Below are positions 53,719 to 64,000 of a stretch of DNA of 64,000 nucleotides, in pieces. The DNA comes from Monocercomonoides exilis PA203 (taxonomy: Eukaryota > Protista > Preaxostyla), in assembly GCA_001643675.2 (NCBI GenBank), contig LSRY02000065.1:349565-413564 (forward strand), in the 5' to 3' direction. The translations under genes and the position numbers were made by a program. How positions within the stretch are numbered: position 1 is the stretch's first letter; every line of letters starts with the position of its first letter. The notes beneath the pieces were generated by a model that did no database searches, was not told the origin of the DNA, and worked only from the letters and a program-made list of their open reading frames with translations.

Positions 53719-55672
53719 TCACTTACAAATTTCTTCTCGAAGCGCTCGTTCAAACTGAACAAGATCATCTTGAGAAATTAGTCCCAAGTTTATAGAATTC
53801 GCCATGATTTTGAAGTGGGGAATTTGCGAATATTCGTCTGCAACTCCGCAATGATGTGTATAAATCTCAATCATCTTTTTGAAGAGATCCAGATCTTCAG
53901 TAACTTCAGCGGTATTTATAAGATATTTTTTGATGTCAGTGATTTGATTAACTTTTCCATTAGAATTCAAACGATTATTTTGTTTAAGAATATGTTTTCT
54001 TGATGCAAAGAAATCTGCCATTGCATCCGATCTGCTATCTGCCAATTTGACTTTAGATATTTCTTCCGAAAAAGCAGCAATTGTTTCGTGTGAGGGGTGA
54101 TCCACCGAAGCACGAAGAAGCTTGTGCAGAAGATGGATTCCTTGTGGAGTTGTTTCTTCAATTGATAAAAATGCAGTGCAAAAAGAAACGAAGACATTAT
54201 TGCGAAGATTTCAAATGAATAAATGATGTTAAAAGAAAATTGAGTAAAACCAATCGAAAAATTAAAAAAAAAAATAGAGTGGACAAATTAAATACTCAAA
54301 TAATGAAAGGAAATAACAAAATAACAAACCGAAATGGGAGAGATTGAGCTGTCCAAAAGAGCGTATGATCATTGGCTTTTCAATCAATTTGTCTAATTTA
54401 TTTGTCAGGGCAAAATTTTTTTCAGAGCCACGAGGAAGTGTGTTGATTATCTTCAATGGGAAAAATTCCTTTGGAAGCGTTTTCCAAGAACCTTCGTTTC
54501 TATCGCTCATTCTCAGCCTGTTCGTGCAAGGATATGGAGGCTTTGGCATTGTCTGCCTTTTCGTTCTTTCTCTCGTGAATATCGTATCGTTCCTAGCCTC
54601 AGGATCAGATTCCATCCCGTGCTTTGTATTGTTCCCGATCTGGTAAAAACCCAGCATATCCTGCAACATACTCTTCTGTCCGTATGTCTGAGGATGACTT
54701 TCTTCGACAATACGCAAAACTTCTTCGAATTGTGCTTGAATGTCTGTGGAGTTCAAGTCCACTTTTTCTGTGTGCTCCATCCAGGCACATGCCATCTCAT
54801 CTCCCAAGCAAAGCTCTTCCTTCGGATCGTCATCGCAGTACGTTGACCAACTATTTTCCTTTTCATTTGCCGCTGTCATTGCCAAAACGTTTATATCTTC
54901 TGGCAAGAGTTTATTGAACATTGACCCAGAATAACATGCTTCAATATATATCAACATTTTGTTATACTTTCGATGCTCATGCATGCTCTTTATTGTTTCG
55001 ATGAAATCTTTTGCATGAAGATAGCTACCCTGTGAATAAAAATAAATGAAGGAAGTGTGATATGTTGAAGAAATTAATAACTTACACACTGCTGGAAAAC
55101 TCAAAGTTCCCACTGATCCATGATCACTAAAAAATATAAAAATATTGTCTTCTTCGGTTGTATTCAAAACAGGGCCTTTCGCTGCTGTTGTATTTCCTGT
55201 TAATACAGCAAGAAAAGTTTCTGCCTTAACACGTTCACCTTTATAATGAATATTTTCGGAACCCTTTGGAGGATAAATGATAAAAAAATCAAAAATACAC
55301 AATAGCATACAGGGTAAACATCATCTCCTTCGGGATGGTTGTATACTTTTCCTGGAACAGGATTCTTGCTCCAACTCAAAACATCATCATACTTGTTAAA
55401 CATAAAATGATACAGTGCGATGATAAAGAAAAAATCATACTGCCATAAGAATAACATGATCCTTATCAAAGCCTCTTTTTGTCAGAAGTTGGTAAGCGTG
55501 GAACACGTCGCTTTGATGCCTTAAAAAACGAAAAATCATTCATCGAAGTAGGAGTATTATCAAACCTGTAATTTTTATAATTTCGAGAACCTGCTGCAAG
55601 CAAGGCCCAATTTGAGGCGCAGGTGTTTTGAATGAAGAGAAAAACAAAAGAAAAAATGAGTAGTCTCATCAT
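53719..55672 (-). CDS. LGMN: Legumain / asparaginyl endopeptidase (peptidase C13)
   Basis: Exons 55672-55566, 55519-55441, 55391-55311, 55263-55090, 55029-54330, 54155-53719. It has a signal peptide, NWALLAAGSRNYKNYRHQSDV, catalytic SDHG and EACYSGSMF, and CLGD. Confidence 0.92.
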
Positions 55673-55770
55673 TAAGGTTAACAGATCAATAAGGAAAAAG
55701 TTTATAATGGGCAAATTTTTTTGAGTGGTTAAAATTTTAAATTAGAGAAGCATTCTCCATTTAGTTTAGG
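55673..55770. promoter_or_regulatory. Putative bidirectional promoter (98 bp between divergent start codons)
   Basis: Legumain ATG at 55672 (-) and predicted LRR-gene ATG at 55771 (+). Confidence 0.45.
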
Positions 55771-58700
55771 ATGACAACAAAATGGGTTTGATTAAACATG
55801 TCAACTATGTGCTTTTTGTAAAAAAATGAATGAATTTTGATGATAGGTTGCACAAAAGTCGAATACTAATGTGTTTTCCCAATCCCCTTCTCAAAAGCCA
55901 GCTATCACATATTATCCAGATGGAACATGCTCTTTAAGTGCAGCGCTACATAATATGCAAATCCCAGCTGATGCAAAGCGATTAAGCGCAGTTGAAAAAC
56001 TTGTATCGAAAGTGTGCATTTTTAAAGGCAGTATAATTTTTTTAATTTGAGAATTTCCATTTACTTAATCGAAATTATGATTATAAAAACTGCTATGCAT
56101 GCGAACAACTTTATAGATCGATAAACTACCAGAAACCCTTCGAAATGTTGAGTCACTTTATTTGAGCAGCAATTCATTGAGCGATTTGTCAAATATTGAT
56201 CAATTTCGTAATCTCAAAATCCTTACACTTACTAATAACAAAGTTTGCTGCAGATTATTTTTTTGCAAAGTCATCATTGAAAAAATATGTTATTATTTGA
56301 TTTAAAAAAAAGATATCTGATTTTGATCGAATAAAAGCTCTTGGAAAATGCAAAAAATTACAAGCAGTAACATTAGACAATAACCCCATTACTGTTCTGC
56401 CAAATTATAGATTGCACATTATCCATATCTGTCCAACAATAAAAACATTAGATCAGGAAGTTTGAACTCAATTCTCAAAATTTTGTAAATTTAAAATTTT
56501 TATGATTAATTTTAAACAGCCGGTTACAGAAAGAGAAAGACTGCTTTCTCAAACGGTTCTTGAAAATGAAGAAACGAAATTAAATTTGATGTTTGGAAAT
56601 GACAAAGCAATTCGACGATTTGAACAAGTGTGCAATTTTATTTTTTGTTAATCTTTCATTAATAAATTCATTTTTTCTTTTATTTTTAATTTTCATTTAA
56701 AAAAATTTTTAATTATCATTTCTTCATTGGATATTAACTTTCTTTCTTATTCTTCAAATTGTGATTCATTTTTATTTATTTATTTATTTTTTTCAAATAA
56801 CTTTATCTCCTCTTCAACATCCAGATCAGCACAAAGCTGCTTCTGCACCTCGAATTGCAAGCGCTCTTTTTCGACAAGCGGTTTGCGCTCATTTCGAGGA
56901 AAAAAGCGCATTTCCTACCAGTTGACATTGACATTCTGATTGAGTCCTCAAAAAATGCCTTTTATTTGTGGAGGCAGTCTAAACAACAACAGCAACAGCA
57001 GCAACAGAAGAAGAAAAAGCAACAAAAGCAGCAGAAAACAAAGAAAACGAAGCTATATCGATCGAAAAGAGAAGAAGAAGAAGAAGAAGAAAAAGAAGAT
57101 AAAAAATTAAACACGAAAAAGCGCAAAAGCCTTCGAAGCAGCAAAAAAAGACTTCACAAAGGAAAAGAAGAAGAATACGAAGATGAAGTTGATTACGAAG
57201 AAGGCGACGAAGATGACGAAGAATATGAAGCCCAAGCAGAAAAAGCCGAAAATCAAGCAAAAGAAAGCTATTTCCATGCAGAAGAAGAAGAAGAAGAAGA
57301 AGAAGAAGAAGAAAAAGCAGCAGCAGCAGAAGAAGAAGAAGCAGAAAGAGAAGAGAGGAAGCGTGTGTTTGCGCATCTGCGGAGAGAAGTCTCGAAAGTG
57401 TGGCTGGTCCGCTGGCCACTCGGAATCCGGTCGCTTTCTGCGCTCACTCGCCATTCAAATACGAATTCTCGTTCTCGTTCTCTCTCTCGCTCGCCTTCTC
57501 CTCTGCGAAGAACACAGCCTGCTATCAATGCTCAGTCTTCATCGTTGTCTTCTTCTTCTTCTTCCTCTTCCTCTTCTTCTTCATCCAACTATTCAGCCAC
57601 TGCCACTCCTGCCCCGTTTCGCACGCCTCGCACTTCTCGTTCCCAAACACCCCGCCGTTCACCTGCTGCTACCCCTCGCTCTTCCTCTGCTTCTGCATCT
57701 TCTTCCTCTTCTTCTTCTTCCTCTTCTTTTCCTCTCTCTGGTTCCTATACAGCAAGAAGTCGATCACGCAATGGATTTTCTTCTTCTTCTTCTTCTTCTT
57801 CTTCAGCACTCACCCGCCGCATGTCAGCCGAGAGAGAAGAGCTGTCTGTTCTGGTTGAGCGTTCGTGGGAGATCGCCTTCAGCGACGTGATGTTGGCACA
57901 GCAGAGCGCAATGACACAGCTCCTGTCGTCGATTGAAGGTCTGGTGAAAGAGTTGAATGAGATGAGGAAGGAGAAGAGGGAGGGAGAAGGAGAAGGAGAA
58001 GGAGGAAGAGGAAGAGGAAGAGGGAGGAGGAGGAAGAAGGGGAAGAGGAAGAAGAGGAATGGGAAGGTGTATGATGATGAAGATTATATTGAAGAAGAGG
58101 AAGAGGAAGATGGCAATGACGACGACGAGGAAGAAGAAGAAGAAGGAGTAGGAAAAGATGGAAGTTCAAAGCAACTGAATGAAAGCGACTCATCATTTGA
58201 ACAAGAGAAGTCAAAAACCTCACAGAAATATGGAGTGAATGTGGTGGAAGAAGAGCTGGCGGAGGAAGAGATGCGGAGAGTGGCGCGGGAAAAGGAAAGA
58301 GAAGAGCTGATTGCACAGATGGCAGCGAAGATCAGCACGCTTGTTTCGTCGTTTGAGAGCGACTATATCACACAGGCTGAGCAGTATGACGAGCAGATAA
58401 GGCAGATGCAGGAGACGCTGGATGAGTATGTGAAGAGCATGGACAGCAGGAAGAGTGAGGAGAGAGAGAGAGAGAGAGAAAGAGAGAAAGAGAGGGAAAT
58501 GGAGAGAGAAAGAGAAAGAGCTGAAAGAGAAAGGCAATTGGAAGAAGAAGAGGAAGAAAGAGAAAGAGAAAGAGAAGAAGAAGAAGGTGGAGGAGGAGGA
58601 GTAAGTATTGAAAACATGGGATATTCGATGGAACAAGAACAAGACCAAGATCTTAGTGATATTTATGGGCAAACAGAGCTGCCATCAGAGTATGCAGACA

Positions 58701-61700
58701 AGCTGAGTGAAAGAGAAGCCAGAATTCTGAAGAAGCGGCTGAAGGTGCGGAACAGGCGGAGAAAAGACGAGAGAGCGAAAGGAGCGCCCATTTTGGCAGA
58801 GGAAGAAGGAAGACGGAATAAAAATGGAAGACATTTTGCTTCTTCTTCTTCTTCTTCTTCTTCTCGTTCTCCCTCTGGCAATGCATGCTCCAATGAACAG
58901 TCAGATGACTTCAATGAAGACAACACCAGCCAATACAACAGCAATAACAACAACAGCACTGACAACCGCAGTCCCTCTGAACAAGAGGAAGATCTGTTTG
59001 ACCCTCTTCGCACACACTCAAAAGCAGGAAGGCTGAATGAGTGGGTGAGGAAACCAACACCTCCCTTGAGAATACACCCGGCTGAGGTTGCTGTGCCTTC
59101 TTCTTCTTCTTATCCAAATTCTTCTTCTTCTTCTTCTTCTTCTCAGTCTTCTCAATATCCTTCGAATTCACATTCATCGAGTCATTCACGAACACATTCA
59201 AATGCCAATTCCAATGCGAATTACCAGTCGCAATCACCTTCACTTTCATCGCCACGTCACTCGCCTGCCCATTCTCCGAGGCATTCACGCTCTCCTTCTG
59301 CTGCTCAGAATCAAATAAACACATCATCATCATCATCATCATCATCTTCTTCTTCTTCTCCTTCTCATTCACCTCGTCTTCATCGTAATTCTGGAAGTTA
59401 CGGAAAAAATCCTTCCTCTTCTTCCTCTTCCTCTTCCTCTTCCTCTTCCTCTTCTTCCTCCTCCATCCACACTCCACACCTCTCCTGGGTCTCTCCTCCT
59501 TCTTCCCCCCGCCTCGGCTCATCAGGCATCCCAACCCCAACCCCTTCCTCTCCCCACACTCGCCCTCCTTCTCCTCAGCCAAGCACGCCCCGCTCAGTCC
59601 ACCAGACACAAAAACAGGAAGATCCATCGCAGATGCCTCGCTCTTCCCTCTTCCCCCTCACTCTGCAGACTCCACAATCCCCTCGTTCTCCACAATCTCC
59701 TCGTTCTCCTCATTCACCCCGCATCCCTTCCTCACCACACACCCCTCGTTCACCCCGTTCTCCTCTTTCTCCTCGTTCCCCTCGCCAATCAATGACACCG
59801 CAGCAGCTGATGTCTTCATCGATCTTCACCTCCTCTCCGCTATCGCCGCGCAACGCAGGGCTTTCCTCGCAGCTGGCGACGATCATTGCGGAGAAAGCGA
59901 GACTGGAAGAGCAGACAGCCCAGCTGAAGCAGCAGCTGGCAGCACTGGAGACAGGCAAAGCACTCAGCGAAGAAGAGGCGCGGTCGGCTTTGGCTGAGCT
60001 GGCCGCGAAGTTTGACGAGGAAAGGAGGCAGCTGGAGTGTGCAGTGACAACAGCGACAGATGCGCAGCGGGTGACAGAGGATGAGATGAGGAGAGAGGTG
60101 GAGAGAGAGCAGAAGGAGCACGAAGCGCTGCAGAAGGAGCTGGACAGGCAGATGGAGGCACTGGCGGCTGCGCAGGAAGAACAGGCGAATCTGCAAAGAG
60201 CGCTGGAGAATGCGTCAGAGCTGAAGACGCAGCTGGCGGGGAAAAGCGAAGAGGCAGAGACGGCGAGGCAGGCGCTGAGGGAGCTGAATGAGCAGATAGC
60301 GAGGGAGAAGGAGGTGTGGGAGGAGAAGCTGGTGAAGGTGCAGTCGGAGCAGAAAGAAAGGGAAGCGGAGATGCTGCAGATGAAGCAGGAGGAGCTGGAC
60401 TGCGAGAGGGAGGAGAAGAGAAGAGTGGAAGATGAACTGAAGGAGAAGGAGAATGAGTTGAAAGAGAAGGATGAAGAGCTGAAAGCGAAACTGGATGAAT
60501 TGGCACAGAGAGAGAATGAACTGAAAGGGAAAGAAGAAGAATTGAGAGGGAAAGAAGAAGAGCTTAAAGAGAAAGAGGAAGAGCTGGACGAGTTGAAAGA
60601 AGCGATGGATGATGAAAGAGACAGGAAAAAACGGTTTGCATTTCTTTTGATGAACACGCAAATTGCAATGAGAAGCTACAAAATGAAAGCGATGGTGATG
60701 AGCGAGTGGAAGCGGCATCACAGAGAATTCAATGAGAAGGAGAAATTGCTGAGCAAAGCAAGAGAACTGATCTGGAAGCGCCGAATGGCCAGCAGCTGGA
60801 GTGTTATGCGGGGTGCGTTTCTCGAACAGCAGCAGGAGAACAGGGCAGCAGAAATGTGGAAGCGGAAGAGTGTTAAGCTTCTGTTCTGCCAGTGGAGGAG
60901 GAGCATTCAGGAGCGAAAGGAAAGAAGAATACACAACACGCAAATTGTGGCGCTTTCGCAGCGGCTGGCGGACACCAGGCTGGTCCATCGGGTGTTCTTT
61001 GCGTGGCATTCTACGCACAAAGAGAGGAAGGAGGTCTGCTTGAGGTGGAAGATAGTAGAGCAGAGGAAAGAGAGGCAGGCAGCACGCAACTTCTTTTACC
61101 GGTGGCGTGTTTCGTATCTGGAGAAAGAGAAGATTCGCGCTGAGGGGATCAAAGAAGAGCTGTCGCAGCTGACGTCAGCGATGGCAGAGGCGAACATTGC
61201 CGCGTCGCCCAGAAGCCAAAGGATAAATGCACATGCGCCTTTCGCTGGAGTGCCATTTGCAGAGGAGAAGGAGAAGCAGCTGGATACTGAGCCACTAGGT
61301 GGAGGAGGGTACGATTCACTCCGGACATTCACTGCAAATAACACAGTGCGAACGAGCAGGCCTCAAAGCGCTTCTCGTCCCACAACACTGCAAACTCCCT
61401 CTGCTTCGCCCAGTTTGTCCGCAGCGCAGACGCCCTCGCTGTCCAGCCTGCCTGTGCTATTCCAGCAGCAGAGCGGCAACAGCGCCCTTGTCGACCAGAT
61501 CCACCGCCTGGCTGCAGAAAATGCGTCTCTCATTCTGCAGCTGAAGGAGTGTGACGAGCACATGGCTGATCTCGAGCGGGCGCTGGCAGAGGCACTGGTG
61601 AAGCAAGAGTCGCTGCAGGCACAGGCTGCGGAAGCCAAAGCAGACAGCAAGCGCTTTGAGCAGATGAAAACAGAACTGGAAGAGCAAGTAGCGTCGCTTA

Positions 61701-62854
61701 TGTCGAGCCAGTCGGAGGAGCAAGTGGAGTGGCTGATGGCGAAGCAGAAGATGGAGAAAGAGGTGGAGGAGCTGAGGGAGAAAGCAGAGCAGGCAGAAGA
61801 AGCGAGGATGAAAGCGGAAGATAGAGAGGCGCAGCTGAGCGAGGCGAGGGACAAAGATGCAGTTGAGACAGCACAGCGGATGAAGGAGACGACAGAACTG
61901 GCAGCGCAGCAGAGGGCGATGCTGCAGGAGAAAGAGGCGCAGAATGCTGAGCTGAAAAGGGAGAAAGAAGAGCTGGAAAAAATGTTGGAAGACAAAGACA
62001 CTACAGTGCGGGCGACGATCGAAGGAACGAAGGAGTATGAAGAGCAGATGGCTGCTTTCAGAAGTCAGATTGAGGAGCTGAGCGAGGCAAATGCTGAGCT
62101 GAAGCGCCGGATTTCGGATGCAGTTGATCTGAATGCGGAGAAGGAGCAGATGCTGCTGCAGCTGAACTACGAGGTGGAGCTGCTGCGGAAGAGAGAGAGT
62201 TTGAAAGTGGAGAAATTCATTTCTTCTGTCGCCTCGCAGGCGCGTGTGGCGTCGGTGAAGCAGGACAGAAAGATGGAAGAGCAAGAAAACAGAGAGGAAG
62301 AGAACAAGACAGAAGAAATTGAAGGGTTAAACCTGAAAACGAATGAGCAGAATATCAATGGAGACGAAATGGAAGCAGAAGCAAGCAACCCGCAACAGCA
62401 GTCGTCATCAACCAATTTGGCATCTTCTCTGCTTAATCCGCTGTCGACTGTTAATTTAGCAACAACTTCTTCCTCATCAAAACTATCTTCTTCATTATCG
62501 TCTTCATCATTATCATCATCGTCTTCTTCTTCTTCTTCATCAACCATGTCATCTCTATCTCCTTCATCAACATCATCTGCCTTGCCTTCTCAGTCTCCAA
62601 GCACAAAATCATCGCATTTCTCTTCTATTCCGCTGCTCCCAGCACAAGTCCCGCCCTCTTCTGCCAACCTGCCTTCTTCTTTCTCTTCGCGTTTTGGCCT
62701 TTCCGGCAGCTTGGCTGCACGCCGCATACGTCCCACTGCTTTTGAAACGAGCACAAGATACAAGCAGCTTGCATCTTCTGATAATGCATCTCACACTCCT
62801 TCGTTAGAATCTTCTCGCTCTAAACGTAGTTATTCGCTTTCCACTCCCTTGTGA
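55771..62854 (+). CDS. LRR (SDS22/U2A'-like with LRRcap), coiled-coil and Sfi1-like repeat protein, probably basal-body associated
   Basis: The 5' exons, absent from the ORF track, encode VESLYLSSNSLSDLSNIDQFRNLKILTLTNNK and VTLDNNPITVLPNYRLHIIHICPTIKTLD. They splice into the large exon 56825-62854, which has coiled coils and LLFCQWRR / VFFAWH / FFYRWR repeats. Confidence 0.75.
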
Positions 62855-63418
62855 GCAGTTTTTATCAACATAATTTTATTTTCTTTGTGTTTTTTTTTTT
62901 TTTTTTAATGTTTAAGAAATGAATATCATTCTAGTGATTTCGATATCATCCATTAATTCCGATAAAGAATAAAGAAATAAAATCTTAAAGAAAATTAACT
63001 TTCAAAACAATAATAAACTCCAAAATAAATAATAAACTTAGAATTAATATCAGAAAAGAATCCAAAAAAAGATTCTTCATCTAAATTTAAAAATGAAAAA
63101 ATGATGCTTAAAAGTCCATTATTAAATAAAGACAAATAAGTTAACTATGGTGCTTAACGTGGATGAAATATATAACTGTTCAAGAAGAATAGAATAAATT
63201 TTTCAATATTATTGAATAAACATTCTTTTCATAAAAAAATAAAAAATGTTGAATCGAATTTATTCACTTCATTTTCATTTTCCTCATAAAACTTTTTCTA
63301 ATATTATTTAAAAAAATATCAATAAACATTATTCGAATAAAAACTGAAGATCAAAATAAATAATAAATGGTTTCGAAAACAAAAAAATTTTATTTCATTT
63401 AAATTAGTTTATGAAAAT

Positions 63419-64000
63419 ATGTTTATTCCACCTGCAATACTCACGATCAAGTTGTTGTTTGTGATTTCTTTGTGTTGTTCCGAAAAGGGCACAAGCAGCA
63501 ACAAATTCCAAGGGGTTAGAGAATATTCTTCAAAATTCAAGTTTCGATTTGAAGATGATGCAGAGAAGCACAGCATCACCAAACGCAGCTTGGAAAATAG
63601 TTTTTCTCAGGTGTGGGTTCCATGTAGAAACTCAACAAGCGTCCTCAGTTCGAAGTGTGAAAAATGGATGAAAATGCGATCAACGGTTTTATCCTGCATG
63701 AAAATGAAAAACACAAGCGCGAATTTAAAAGAATTGGAATTCCGCCAATATGTTGATTTGAGTGTGATAGAAATGGATGGATGCGAAAAAGTGATTTTGT
63801 TTTCATGTGTTTTGAAACAGAACGGGAAAAGTGGAGCGAGTGAATTTATTGTGAACAATGGCGAGTTTTATCTTCAAAATGTGAAGATGGAACTGGATGA
63901 GCAGAATATGATTCAACACTCGATTGTTTCAGGAGGCGGTGAAAAGGCAGGATTTCTTCTGAGAAGAGGTGCATATTTTGATGGTTGCTGTGCTTCATCG
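63419..64000 (+). CDS. 5' part of a predicted secreted or surface protein (runs off the window)
   Basis: A 194-codon open frame from ATG 63419 to the window end, with a signal-peptide-like start (MFIPPAILTIKLLFVISLCCS). Confidence 0.6.
   Translation, partial: MFIPPAILTIKLLFVISLCCSEKGTSSNKFQGVREYSSKFKFRFEDDAEKHSITKRSLENSFSQVWVPCRNSTSVLSSKCEKWMKMRSTVLSCMKMKNTSANLKELEFRQYVDLSVIEMDGCEKVILFSCVLKQNGKSGASEFIVNNGEFYLQNVKMELDEQNMIQHSIVSGGGEKAGFLLRRGAYFDGCCASS

Noticed and set aside
1-64000. Host using the TAA/TAG=Gln genetic code
   Set aside because: Conserved genes end in TAA (for example at 14218), and multi-kb exons contain no in-frame TAA or TAG.

Overview
This is eukaryotic, AT-rich, intron-containing genomic DNA in the standard genetic code (genes end in TAA/TGA; introns are GT-AG, mostly 45-70 nt). 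Huge poly-Ser and Glu-Lys insertions and the multicopy 'KEVEMALLALS...HNLTQLAYQSAW' family resemble the oxymonad Monocercomonoides; this organism call is an inference. Spliced genes reconstructed by hand: CFAP70/TTC18 (4567-14218); a giant CLEC16A/FPL-domain gene with a frame break (14419-28726); tRNA-Leu(CAA); ZNF207/BuGZ; two paralogs of a lineage-specific family; a helical/Ser-rich protein; a USP7-like deubiquitinase catalytic domain; an internally duplicated TEX45/SAXO-like protein; legumain; an LRR/coiled-coil/Sfi1-like protein; and the start of a secreted protein. The most unusual part is the accessory island at about 40.3-46.6 kb. It holds a 230-bp palindrome, a decayed pogo/Fot1-type DDE transposase, a hairpin cluster, six regularly spaced short palindromic repeats, and a free-standing His-Cys-box-like (His-Me finger) endonuclease gene. 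All family assignments come from recalled motifs; no searches were run.
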